DNA of 64,000 nucleotides from Escherichia coli (GTDB lineage Bacteria; Pseudomonadota; Gammaproteobacteria; Enterobacterales; Enterobacteriaceae), in assembly GCF_003790525.1 (NCBI RefSeq), contig NZ_CP033635.1; one strand, given 5' to 3'. Under the pieces are notes generated by a model, which was not told where the DNA came from, did no database searches, and saw only the letters and a list, made by a program, of their open reading frames with translations. The translations under genes were made by a program, and so were the position numbers. Positions within the stretch are counted from its first letter, which is position 1. Each line of letters starts with the position of its first letter. Positions 30,587 to 41,200 of this stretch are shown here, piece by piece.

Positions 30587-31042
30587 ATGAATTCGTTATC
30601 CCGCACACAAAAACCACGGGCAGGTTTTACCCTGCTGGAAGTGATGGTGGTGATTGTTATTCTTGGCGTCCTGGCAAGTCTGGTGGTGCCTAACCTGTTG
30701 GGCAACAAAGAGAAAGCCGATCGGCAAAAAGCCATCAGCGATATCGTGGCGCTGGAGAATGCGCTGGATATGTACCGACTGGATAACGGGCGTTATCCGA
30801 CCACCGAACAGGGGCTGGAAGCGCTGATCCAGCAACCGGCCAATATGGCGGACTCCCGCAACTACCGTACCGGTGGATACATTAAACGACTGCCAAAGGA
30901 TCCGTGGGGCAATGATTATCAGTATCTCAGCCCGGGTGAAAAAGGAGTGTTTGATGTTTATACCCTGGGGGCGGATGGTCAGGAAAATGGGGAAGGCGCT
31001 GGCGCAGATATCGGTAACTGGAATTTGCAGGAGTTTCAGTAA
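30587..31042 (+). CDS. gspG: Major pseudopilin GspG
   Basis: Start at MNSLSRTQKPRAGFTLLEVMVV (ATG 30587); prepilin leader-cleavage motif G-FTLLE. Confidence 0.93.
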   Translation: MNSLSRTQKPRAGFTLLEVMVVIVILGVLASLVVPNLLGNKEKADRQKAISDIVALENALDMYRLDNGRYPTTEQGLEALIQQPANMADSRNYRTGGYIKRLPKDPWGNDYQYLSPGEKGVFDVYTLGADGQENGEGAGADIGNWNLQEFQ

Positions 31043-31045
31043 GCA

Positions 31046-31609
31046 GTGCCTGAACGCGGATTCACACTTCTGGAAATCATGCTGGTGATTTTCCTTATCG
31101 GCCTTGCCAGTGCGGGCGTGGTACAGACGTTTGCGACCGATTCTGAATCGCCCGCGAAAAAAGCGGCGCAGGATTTTCTGACTCGCTTTGCGCAGTTTAA
31201 GGACAGGGCAGTGATTGAAGGGCAGACACTCGGTGTGTTAATCGACCCGCCGGGATACCAGTTTATGCAGCGTCGTCAGGGGCAGTGGTTACCCGTTTCT
31301 GCGACCCGGTTATCGGCACAGGTTACGGTGCCGAAACAGGTGCAGATGCTGTTACAACCCGGAAGTGATATCTGGCAGAAGGAATATGCGCTGGAGCTGC
31401 AGCGTCGTCGCCTGACGCTGCACGATATTGAACTGGAGCTGCAAAAAGAGGCGAAAAAGAAGACACCGCAGATCCGTTTTTCGCCTTTTGAACCCGCCAC
31501 GCCGTTTACACTGCGTTTTTACGCGTCGGCACAAAACGCGTGTTGGGCGGTAAAGCTGGCGCACGATGGCGTGTTATCCCTCAATCAATGTGATGAGGGG
31601 ATGCCATGA
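31046..31609 (+). CDS. gspH: Minor pseudopilin GspH
   Basis: GTG start; GFTLLEIMLVIFLIGL prepilin motif. Confidence 0.88.
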   Translation: MPERGFTLLEIMLVIFLIGLASAGVVQTFATDSESPAKKAAQDFLTRFAQFKDRAVIEGQTLGVLIDPPGYQFMQRRQGQWLPVSATRLSAQVTVPKQVQMLLQPGSDIWQKEYALELQRRRLTLHDIELELQKEAKKKTPQIRFSPFEPATPFTLRFYASAQNACWAVKLAHDGVLSLNQCDEGMP

Positions 31610-31977
31610 AGCGTGGATTTACCTTGCTGGAAGTAATGCTCGCGCTGGCGATTTTTGCGTTGGCCGCCATGGCGGTGTTACAGATCGCCAGCGGCGCGCT
31701 GAGTAATCAGCAAATCCTTGAAGAAAAAACGGTAGCGGGCTGGGTAGCTGAAAACCAGACCGCACTGCTTTACCTGATGACCCGTGAACAACGAGCGGTC
31801 AGGCACCAGGGCGAGAGTGATATGGCAGGAAGCCGCTGGTACTGGCGAACCACACCGCTGAGTACAGGCAACGCGCTGCTCCAGGCAGTGGATATTGAAG
31901 TCAGCCGTCACGAAGACTTTTCGTCGGTGATTCAGTCACGACGCGCCTGGTTTAGCGCCGTGGGAGGCCAACAGTGA
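31606..31977 (+). CDS. gspI: Minor pseudopilin GspI
   Basis: GFTLLEVMLALAIFALA prepilin motif; overlapping start. Confidence 0.88.
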   Translation: MKRGFTLLEVMLALAIFALAAMAVLQIASGALSNQQILEEKTVAGWVAENQTALLYLMTREQRAVRHQGESDMAGSRWYWRTTPLSTGNALLQAVDIEVSRHEDFSSVIQSRRAWFSAVGGQQ

Positions 31978-32579
31978 GAAGGACTTGCGCTGGTTTCACG
32001 TTACTGGAAATGCTGGTGGCAATTGCCATTTTTGCCTCACTGGCACTGATGGCGCAGCAGGTGACAAACGGCGTTACACGCGTGAATAGCGCCGTCGCCG
32101 GACACGATCAAAAACTAAACCTCATGCAGCAAACGATGAGTTTTTTGAACCACGATCTGACACAAATGATGCCGCGTCCGGTAAGAGGCGATCAGGGCCA
32201 GCGTGAACCAGCGTTACTGGCGGGCGCTGGCGTGCTGGCGTCTGAGAGTGAAGGGATGCGTTTTGTGCGCGGCGGCGTGGTTAATCCGTTGATGCGTCTG
32301 CCGCGCAGTAATCTGCTCACCGTCGGTTACCGCATTCATGGTGGTTATCTCGAACGGTTAGCCTGGCCACTGACCGATGCGGCAGGCAGCGTGAAGCCAA
32401 CAACGCAAAAATTAATCCCGGCGGATTCGCTCCGTTTGCAGTTCTACGACGGCACGCGCTGGCAGGAGAGCTGGTCATCAGTGCAGGCGATTCCTGTGGC
32501 AGTACGCATAACCCTGCATTCGCCGCAATGGGGCGAAATTGAACGCATCTGGTTGTTACGCGGGCCGCAATTATCATGA
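31974..32579 (+). CDS. gspJ: Minor pseudopilin GspJ
   Basis: GFTLLEMLVAIAIFAS prepilin motif; GTG start overlapping gspI stop. Confidence 0.88.
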   Translation: MRRTCAGFTLLEMLVAIAIFASLALMAQQVTNGVTRVNSAVAGHDQKLNLMQQTMSFLNHDLTQMMPRPVRGDQGQREPALLAGAGVLASESEGMRFVRGGVVNPLMRLPRSNLLTVGYRIHGGYLERLAWPLTDAAGSVKPTTQKLIPADSLRLQFYDGTRWQESWSSVQAIPVAVRITLHSPQWGEIERIWLLRGPQLS

Positions 32580-33553
32580 TCACCTCACCACCAAAACGCG
32601 GAATGGCACTGGTCGTGGTGCTGGTATTGCTGGCGGTTATGATGCTGGTGACCATCACGCTTTCCGGGCGGATGCAGCAACAACTTGGGCGAACGCGCAG
32701 CCAGCAGGAGTACCAGCAGGCGCTGTGGTACAGCGCCAGTGCGGAAAGCCTGGCGTTGAGCGCACTCAGTCTGAGCCTGAAAAATGAAAAGCGCGTGCAT
32801 CTGGCGCAGCCGTGGGCTTCCGGCCCTCGTTTTTTCCCACTGCCGCAGGGGCAAATTGCCGTCACCCTGCGTGACGCCCAGGCCTGCTTTAACCTGAATG
32901 CCCTCGCTCAGCCGACAACGGCGTCGCGTCCTATCGCGGTACAACAACTGATTGCCCTGATCTCGCGCCTGGATGTGCCTGCTTATCGGGCCGAACTGAT
33001 AGCCGAAAGCCTGTGGGAGTTTATTGACGAGGACCGCAGCGTGCAGACGCGTCTGGGGCGTGAAGACAGCGAGTATCTCGCCCGCTCGGTGCCGTTCTAC
33101 GCCGCTAATCAACCGCTGGCTGATATCAGCGAGATGCGCGTGGTGCAGGGAATGGACGCCGGGCTTTATCAAAAACTGAAACCGTTGGTCTGTGCGCTGC
33201 CGATGGCCCGCCAGCAAATCAACATCAATACATTAGATGTCACGCAAAGTGTGATTCTTGAGGCGCTGTTTGACCCGTGGTTAAGCTCTGTTCAGGCGCG
33301 GGCGTTATTACAACAACGTCCGGCGAAGGGCTGGGAAGATGTCGATCAGTTTCTTGCTCAGCCGCTACTTGCAGACGTCGATGAGCGTACTAAAAAACAG
33401 CTAAAAACCGTCCTGAGCGTGGACAGCAATTACTTCTGGCTGCGTTCAGATATCACCGTGAATGAGATTGAACTGACGATGAACTCGTTAATTGTCCGCA
33501 TGGGCCCACAACACTTTTCTGTTCTCTGGCATCAGACAGGAGAAAGTGAGTGA
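32576..33553 (+). CDS. gspK: Minor pseudopilin GspK
   Basis: 325 aa; N-terminal hydrophobic segment (MALVVVLVLLAVMMLV); position in operon. Confidence 0.88.
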   Translation: MITSPPKRGMALVVVLVLLAVMMLVTITLSGRMQQQLGRTRSQQEYQQALWYSASAESLALSALSLSLKNEKRVHLAQPWASGPRFFPLPQGQIAVTLRDAQACFNLNALAQPTTASRPIAVQQLIALISRLDVPAYRAELIAESLWEFIDEDRSVQTRLGREDSEYLARSVPFYAANQPLADISEMRVVQGMDAGLYQKLKPLVCALPMARQQININTLDVTQSVILEALFDPWLSSVQARALLQQRPAKGWEDVDQFLAQPLLADVDERTKKQLKTVLSVDSNYFWLRSDITVNEIELTMNSLIVRMGPQHFSVLWHQTGESE

Positions 33554-34728
33554 GTTCCATGCTTGAGATTTTTTTCCCGCTTTGCGCTTCCGCTCCCATC
33601 CGTTGGCAGCGTCGTACCGCCGACGTGGAGTGCGGCATCTGGCCTGACGTTGCTGATGAATGTCTCCAGCAATGGCTGCAAACTGATGCGATTCGACTCT
33701 ACATTCCCGGCGAATGGATCAGCTTCTGGCAGGTTGAACTGCCTGATGTGCCCCGCAAGCAGATACCGACGATTCTGCCCGCCTTGCTGGAAGAAGAGCT
33801 GAACCAGGATATCGATGAACTGCATTTCGCCCCGTTGAAAATCGACCAACAACTGGCAACCGTAGCTGTGATTCACCAGCAGCATATGCGCAACATTGCG
33901 CAGTGGTTGCAGGCAAACGGCATCACCCGCGCTACCGTCGCGCCGGACTGGATGTCTATTCCTTGTGGGTTTATGGCTGGCGATGCGCAACGGGTTATCT
34001 GCCGCATCGATGAATGCCGGGGATGGAGTGCCGGGCGGGCGCTGGCTCCGGTCATGTTCCGCGCACAGCTCAATGAGCAGGATTTACCGCTTTCACTAAC
34101 CGTGGTCGGCATTGCACCGGAAGAACTGTCTGCATGGGCTGGTGCAGACGCCGAACGCCTGACCGTTACGGCTCTGCCCGCCATTACCACTTATGGCGAA
34201 CCGGAAGGGAACCTGCTAACAGGGCCGTGGCAGCCTCGTGTCAGCTACCGAAAACAGTGGGCGCGCTGGCGGGTGATGATTCTGCCGATATTGCTGATTC
34301 TGGTTGCGCTGGTAGTGGAACGGGGCGTGACGTTATGGAGCGTCAGCGAACAGGTGGCGCAAAGCCGCACCCAGGCGGAGAAACAGTTCTTAACGTTGTT
34401 CCCGGAGCAGAAGCGGATTGTGAATTTGCGTTCCCAGGTGACGATGGCGCTGAAAAAATATCGCCCGCAGGCCGACGATACCCGGCTGCTCGCAGAATTG
34501 TCAGCGATCGCCAGTACCCTGAAATCAGCGTCACTTACCGACATCGAAATGCGTGGTTTCACCTTTGATCAAAAACGCCAGACGCTCCACCTTCAGTTGC
34601 GGGCCGCGAACTTTGCCAGTTTCGACAAACTGCGTAGCGCACTGGCGGCAGATTATGTTGTGCAACAGGACGCGTTACAGAAAGAGGGTGATGCGGTTTC
34701 CGGCGGCGTAACGTTGCGGAGGAAATAA
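33550..34728 (+). CDS. gspL: Type II secretion protein GspL
   Basis: 392 aa; cytoplasmic domain, one TM, periplasmic domain; position. Confidence 0.88.
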   Translation: MSSMLEIFFPLCASAPIRWQRRTADVECGIWPDVADECLQQWLQTDAIRLYIPGEWISFWQVELPDVPRKQIPTILPALLEEELNQDIDELHFAPLKIDQQLATVAVIHQQHMRNIAQWLQANGITRATVAPDWMSIPCGFMAGDAQRVICRIDECRGWSAGRALAPVMFRAQLNEQDLPLSLTVVGIAPEELSAWAGADAERLTVTALPAITTYGEPEGNLLTGPWQPRVSYRKQWARWRVMILPILLILVALVVERGVTLWSVSEQVAQSRTQAEKQFLTLFPEQKRIVNLRSQVTMALKKYRPQADDTRLLAELSAIASTLKSASLTDIEMRGFTFDQKRQTLHLQLRAANFASFDKLRSALAADYVVQQDALQKEGDAVSGGVTLRRK

Positions 34729-34729
34729 C

Positions 34730-35266
34730 ATGTTACGCGATAAATTTATTCACTATTTTCAGCAATGGCGTGAACGCCAGTTAAGCCGTGGCGAACACTG
34801 GCTGGCACAACACCTGGCGGAGCGTTCTCCGCGTGAAAAGGGCATGTTACTGGCAGCGGTGGTGTTCCTGTTTAGTGTCGGATATTACGTCCTCATCTGG
34901 CAGCCGTTGAGCGAACGGATAGAACAACAGGAGACGATGTTGCAGCAGCTGGTGGCGATGAACACCCGACTGAAGAGCGCCGCGCCGGATATTATTGCGG
35001 CGCGAAAATCCGGCACGACAACGCCAGTACAGGTATCGCGGGTCATCAGCGACAGCGCTTCCGCGCACTCGGTGGTCATCAAACGGATTGCCGAGCGTGG
35101 GGAGAATATTCAAGTCTGGATAGAACCAGTGGTGTTTAATGACCTGCTGAACTGGTTAAACGCGCTGGATGAAAAGTACGCGCTGCGGGTGACACAAATT
35201 GATGTCAGTGCGGGTGAGAAGCCTGGGATGGTGAATGTGCAGCGACTGGAGTTTGGACGGGGGTAG
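34730..35266 (+). CDS. gspM: Type II secretion protein GspM
   Basis: 178 aa; single N-terminal TM (LLAAVVFLFSVGYYVLIW); last gene of operon. Confidence 0.88.
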   Translation: MLRDKFIHYFQQWRERQLSRGEHWLAQHLAERSPREKGMLLAAVVFLFSVGYYVLIWQPLSERIEQQETMLQQLVAMNTRLKSAAPDIIAARKSGTTTPVQVSRVISDSASAHSVVIKRIAERGENIQVWIEPVVFNDLLNWLNALDEKYALRVTQIDVSAGEKPGMVNVQRLEFGRG

Positions 35267-36322
35267 GTATTGCCATTTCCTTAACCCCACCTGATAACCC
35301 TTAGCCCAATGGTGAGTGCGGAACTGTCAAACCCGCTCACCGGGCTGAGTTTCGATGTAGCAAGAATTATCTCCCTCCAGACCACCACGGAATATTCGGT
35401 AACACTGAAGGAACCTGTTTTTCACCATGTAGCCTTCGTTAATCTACACCTTTCTAAGACTGTAAAGATGCTTAAGTGTTTTGACACATTATGATTATTA
35501 ATAGTTGTAATAAATCATTGAGTAACAATTGATAGGCCAAAACATATAGGATAATTCTTGTGTGATCTGTATTTTGTGTAGCCTGGAAATTAGTAAAATT
35601 CCTGGAGATAATCAGAAAGGGAATTTCAAATAAGCATAATAATTTCCAGTGAAACTATTCGTCGATTTTAAGAAATGTCTGCTCAGGTATATCTACTGAG
35701 GGATGGTGTTGGTTGTAACACTGGTTAAAATAAATACACAAAATAATCAAGATGTATATTTTAATCGACGAAAATAATTACTTTCGGGATTATTGATGCA
35801 ACTTAAATAACACCATTTAAATGTGATATAAATCACAAATATGGCTGTAAAGAGGGGGCTGTAGATATAAATAAGAAGTACACGAGTGAATTTTAAATAG
35901 GGAAATAGTTTCTCGGTGAACAATTTATTGGTAATCAATCGCGTGCGTTCTGGTTTGAAACAGATTGCAGGTATTGTTACGCATAAAATCCATAGGGGAT
36001 ATTATAATCAAGTAGTTAACAGTAATAACAAAAAATAATTTCCTGAGAAATTAACTCTGCATTCTAAAACGGCCAGTTTTCTGAAATTACCAGAAGACCG
36101 AATACATTCATGCCTGAAGAATGGATTAGAAGAAACGAGACGGAAATAGATCTATTTATCCCTGCGGAAATAATTTCTGCTGAAATTGTTTGCGGCTATT
36201 AAAAAGGTCAAACCGTCTGAGTAAATTTTATCCAGTTACAAACAAGTATTACCTCCAGTGTATTGGTAGCTGTTAAGCCAGGGGCGGTAGCATACCTGAA
36301 GAGAATAGGGTCACATCATCAA
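35267..36322. promoter_or_regulatory. AT-rich region carrying the kps region 3 promoter and 5' leader
   Basis: About 1 kb AT-rich non-coding DNA before kpsM; the region 3 promoter is known to lie several hundred bp upstream of kpsM with a long leader; exact -10/-35 not resolved. Confidence 0.45.
36283..36290 (+). promoter_or_regulatory. ops element (RfaH recruitment site) in the kpsM leader
   Basis: GGCGGTAG 8-mer ending 33 bp before the kpsM ATG; extended sequence GGCGGTAGCATA versus consensus GGCGGTAGCGTG. Confidence 0.7.
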
Positions 36323-37099
36323 ATGGCAAGAAGTGGATTTGAAGTCCAGAAAGTCACCGTAGAGGCATTATTTCTACGAGAAATACGAACACGCTTTGGT
36401 AAGTTCCGTCTGGGATATCTGTGGGCGATTCTCGAACCCTCTGCGCATTTGCTGATACTGTTGGGCATTTTTGGTTACATTATGCACCGCACGATGCCAG
36501 ACATCTCATTCCCGGTGTTTTTACTTAATGGCCTGATTCCCTTTTTTATCTTTAGCAGTATCAGCAATCGTTCTGTAGGTGCTATTGAAGCGAATCAGGG
36601 GCTGTTTAATTATCGACCAGTAAAACCCATCGATACGATCATTGCGCGTGCATTGCTTGAGACACTGATTTACGTTGCTGTTTATATATTGCTTATGCTT
36701 ATCGTCTGGATGGCAGGCGAATATTTCGAAATAACAAACTTTTTACAACTTGTGCTTACCTGGAGTTTGTTAATCATTCTTTCATGTGGCGTTGGCTTAA
36801 TATTCATGGTCGTTGGTAAAACCTTCCCTGAAATGCAAAAGGTCCTGCCGATACTGCTTAAGCCGCTGTATTTCATCTCCTGCATCATGTTCCCTCTACA
36901 CTCGATTCCGAAGCAATACTGGTCATATCTACTCTGGAATCCATTAGTGCATGTCGTAGAGTTAAGCCGCGAGGCAGTTATGCCTGGCTATATCAGCGAA
37001 GGCGTGAGTCTGAATTACCTGGCAATGTTTACATTGATAACTCTGTTCATTGGTCTGGCGTTATACCGAACTCGTGAGGAGGCAATGCTGACATCATGA
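36323..37099 (+). CDS. kpsM: Capsule polysaccharide export ABC transporter permease KpsM
   Basis: Start at MARSGFEVQKVTVEALFLREIRTRFGKFRLGYLW (ATG 36323); ABC-2 type permease, 258 aa. Confidence 0.95.
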   Translation: MARSGFEVQKVTVEALFLREIRTRFGKFRLGYLWAILEPSAHLLILLGIFGYIMHRTMPDISFPVFLLNGLIPFFIFSSISNRSVGAIEANQGLFNYRPVKPIDTIIARALLETLIYVAVYILLMLIVWMAGEYFEITNFLQLVLTWSLLIILSCGVGLIFMVVGKTFPEMQKVLPILLKPLYFISCIMFPLHSIPKQYWSYLLWNPLVHVVELSREAVMPGYISEGVSLNYLAMFTLITLFIGLALYRTREEAMLTS

Positions 37100-37198
37100 T
37101 TACTTATCACTAGTATAAAACAGGAACAACATCATAGAAACATCAAAAAAACAAAAGTATATATCTATTGTATTAAAACTTTAAAATCAGGCTGAATA

Positions 37199-38191
37199 AT
37201 GTTAACAGCTATAATTCCGATAGATCTGAAGCGTAGACCTAAAGATATAATTAGAAAAGCAATAAATATTGCTGAGGCAACAAAAAATAATAATATAAAA
37301 GTTATATTTGGTCATGGGAATCGTTTCACTACATATGATCGCACCTTTACAAGATTGTTAAATGGGTATGAGAATGTCCATGTAAAATCATGCGATAATT
37401 TTTCTAAGGCCATAAATGCATCTCTATTAAGAAATCAGGCGTTTAAATCAGTTGAAAGTGAATATGTTATATTACTGGATGTGGATATATACCCTGATTT
37501 TAATTTATTTGAAAAGTATAAAGAGAAAATAAAATCTGGCATAAAGCCGTTTTATATTTTGCCATGCCTATATTTAACAAAATACGGGACAAGTATATTA
37601 AATGATAGAAAGGCTTCAATTGAATCATTAAAAAAAAAGTACTTTGCGTTTTCTAGGAAAGAGTTTTTGCATTTAGCCAGCCCTTCTTCTATTACAATAT
37701 TAAAATCAGCTGATTATGAAACACTTCATGGTTTTGATGAGAGTTTTCGAGGTCATGGCTATGAAGATTTTGATTTCTTGGTGCGCTTGTATAACCATTA
37801 TTTTATACCTAAAGTAAAGGCTGATTTTTTGGCCGATAGGCCATGTCATTCTCCATTGTTTGTCACAGGGTTTAGACGATACTTAGGCGAATACTGTTTA
37901 GATATTTTATTGCATAAAGACTTTGCGTTTCATTTATACCATAATAAAAACAGGAATGAAGATTATTATATAGCTAGAACTGAAAATTATCATATATTCA
38001 AACAGAAGCACAAAAAAAATATAAGCAATGAACGATATTACGATTCAACGTTGCTTATGTTATTTATTAAACACTGCATTGATAAGGGGGAGGACATTCG
38101 AAATTATAGCATATATTTCGATAATAAACCTGGACATATAGACCGTTACGATACGTTACGACGAAGAATTAAATTTTTGCTAAATCAATAA
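37199..38191 (+). CDS. GT-A fold glycosyltransferase (serotype-specific capsule gene)
   Basis: 330 aa; DxD-type motif ILLDVDIYP and C-terminal GFDESFRGHGYEDFDFLVRL motif typical of GT-A glycosyltransferases; very AT-rich codon usage. Confidence 0.7.
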   Translation: MLTAIIPIDLKRRPKDIIRKAINIAEATKNNNIKVIFGHGNRFTTYDRTFTRLLNGYENVHVKSCDNFSKAINASLLRNQAFKSVESEYVILLDVDIYPDFNLFEKYKEKIKSGIKPFYILPCLYLTKYGTSILNDRKASIESLKKKYFAFSRKEFLHLASPSSITILKSADYETLHGFDESFRGHGYEDFDFLVRLYNHYFIPKVKADFLADRPCHSPLFVTGFRRYLGEYCLDILLHKDFAFHLYHNKNRNEDYYIARTENYHIFKQKHKKNISNERYYDSTLLMLFIKHCIDKGEDIRNYSIYFDNKPGHIDRYDTLRRRIKFLLNQ

Positions 38192-38210
38192 ATTTTAGTG
38201 AAGGTGTGTT

Positions 38211-41200
38211 GTGAAAATTAAAAAGATCAAAAAACTTTTTAAAAATCCCAAATCATTTATTGCGGACTCTCGTTATTTTAATTTTATAAATAGTAAAAAA
38301 AAAGTTGATAATAAATTAGAAATAGGATTTATTGTAATTTCTCAGAACCATGATTTATCAAGATACTCAATAGATAGTATAATACAGGCAAACAATGCAG
38401 CATCAAAATCTTTCCCTTATATCGTTATACATGACTACGATGAAAAATGTGGTACTGACACTATACATACTATAGTTAAAAAACTTGATACACCATACAT
38501 AAAAATCCTCTTTGATGGAGAAAAAATACACAGGGATTTTATTATTAAATTTTCAAATCACAATATAGATCCTAACAATAATGATATAATATTACATGCA
38601 TTTTCTACAAATTCAAATGTAAAACAGGTAGATGGTTTATTATCTAGTTCTAAAGATATATCATTCAATAATCAGTTGTGGAAAGAACATGCGGTTTTGT
38701 TATTTTCTACGCTAATAATTAAATCTGACTTAATATTAAATACTAGCAAAATACTTCATCACGGTGGAAGAATTATAGATGCGCTAAATGTGCTTCGTAT
38801 TTTTAGAGAATGTGAGGAAATGGACTATGTTTTATATTTGAATGATATGTATTCTTTCAATAGTGCCTCGCTGAAACTGGAGGAAAAGATAAAAGTATTG
38901 ATGGAGGATGAGTTATTATTAAAAATAACATTTGCAGAAATCTTTGAACATGTAAGCTTGGGGGGGAGGAATGTTTTTTATAGGAAGACGTTGTTTTATT
39001 TCATACACAATATAGTTTTGTTCTTGCTAAAAAACAAAAAAACAGATGAGCGCCTCCATGAGGAAACAAAAACATTAATTAAAACCCAGTTAACAGATAT
39101 AATAAGAATACTTGGAGTTGATATACTAAAGGGCTTTTCTGCAAAAAATTATAATCATGTTCACAAAATTGGATATTTAAAACTAATAGGAGTGAAAGCA
39201 GATAAAGATCTATGTTATATTGAAGATATAAATAGCGAGAATAAAATTGTAAAAGTCAAAATAGCATCACAAACAGATGCCTACCCACAGATATTACTTA
39301 ATAAAGAGTATTTAATTCCTTTTACAGCCAAGGTTAAAGACTTAACAATTTTTGACGTTAATTTCTCACACGAGATATATTCTTGGTTCTCTTATGATGC
39401 AATATCACAAGAACTTGTCATAAAAAAAGAAAATAACACTGAAATCCTCTCTGGTGGAAAACATTATAAAAAAATAAAAATAGAAAACATAATAAAAAAT
39501 TTTGAAAGAAGAGATTTAATTAACAGTTCATTACCTTTAATGTCAAAAATATTAAGATATTTACACACTGTATCATTTTTTCAGAAGAAATTTCTAAATG
39601 CATGGGTTTTTATAGATAATGAAATAAGAGCAGATGATAATGCGGAGCATTTCTATCGATATATATCCCAAAAACATCCTGATATAAATATATACTTTCT
39701 TTTGAGCAAAAAGTCTGTAGATTGGGAACGACTAAAAAAAGCTGGTTTTAAATTAGTTAAATTTGGTGGCTTTTACCATCGCTTGCTACTGCTAAACGCT
39801 CGTTATCTGCTTTCCTCCCACGCTAATCCTGCAATTGTCAACTATTTACCTAAAAAATATTATGCAGATCTTATGAAATACAAGTTTGTATTCCTTCAGC
39901 ACGGTATAACGAAGGATGACCAATCAGAATGGTTAAATAGCCGCAAAATAGATTATTTGGTGACGGCTTCAAAATTTGAACATGATGATATTTCTCGAAG
40001 AGGTAGGTATAGATATACTACAAAAGAAGTCGTACTTACTGGTTTTCCTCGGTTTGATAATTTATCAAATGTTGATACAAGAAATAAACAAATATTAATT
40101 ATGCCAACATGGAGAAAAGAACTTGCAGGAGAATTGATGAAAAAAAGCAGTAAAAGAATAAAAAATAAAGATTTTGCTAATTCATTATTCTGTAAAATGT
40201 GGGGAGGAGTTTTAAGATCTGAGTCTTTATATAATGCTTATAAAAAGAAGGGGTATACAATAATATTTTACCCTCACCCTAATCTTGCTGATTACATTAG
40301 TGACTTAAATATTCCAGATTACGTTAAAATTGGTAGTTTAGAGAATGAAAGTATCCAGAGTATTTTCAAAAAAACTAATTTGCTTATTACGGATTATTCT
40401 TCGGTGGCGTTTGATATAGCGTATATGAAAACGCCAGTTATTTATTTTCAGTTCGATAGCGACACTTTTTTTTCAAATCATTCATATTCAAAAGGATATT
40501 TTGATTATAATGATTTTGGGTTTGGGCCTGTTGTAAAAAATATAAATGACTTATCTGAACAACTAAATCTAATAGTTGATAATAACTGCAATCTTACTGA
40601 TTTTTATATGTCACGTATAAAGTCATTTTTCCCATTTTCGGATAATAATAACTCATCTAGATTATATAAAGTTTTGAGTGTTGGAGTAAATAAAAAACAT
40701 GATTTGGAAACATTGTATAATTATTTACTAATGTTCACTTCAATTATCGATATTGAAGGTATAGCGCTAATGTTAAATAACTATAAGCAACAACTACAAA
40801 AAATATTATATAAAGAGGGTTGTGATATATGTGTGGTTATAAATTGCTTATATTTGATTGCTAATGTAATTGATGAGCCTAAATTAAATTTAGCCATAAG
40901 AAATTTACTAGATGGCGTGGAATTAACTAACGGGGCACTTAAAAAAAATCATTCTTTTGGAATGAATAATGGTGTCGATAGCCATATATCATACATTGAA
41001 GACCAAATAGAAACATTGTCAACAATTATTGATACTAATAGTAAACTGTTAAGATATCTAATCGATCTTCACGCTTTTTTGACATTCTTTAAGAATGAAG
41101 AATATGTTCAAGCAGTATTTTCATTTAAACATTTGCAAAATAATCTTAAACTTAGAATAGATGTGCGTATCGTTTATATATATGTTCTCTCGTTACTGAG

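Noticed and set aside
27116..34562. Many antisense or out-of-frame ORFs across the gsp operon (e.g. 27116..27706 -, 27967..28521 -, 32317..32865 -, 32585..33217 -, 33873..34190 -)
   Set aside because: Overlap well-supported gsp genes on the other strand; GC-rich DNA yields long spurious frames; proline/arginine/serine-rich low-complexity translations.
35309..35938. Small ORFs 35309..35494 (+) and 35747..35938 (-) between gspM and kpsM
   Set aside because: Located in AT-rich leader/promoter DNA; hydrophobic/low-complexity translations typical of AT-rich noise; no RBS.
37100..37198. A hidden or decayed second kpsT immediately after kpsM
   Set aside because: The 99-bp gap is too short and has no ABC ATPase motifs in any frame; the only kpsT is at 42111..42797, so the split kpsM/kpsT arrangement is real in this sequence.
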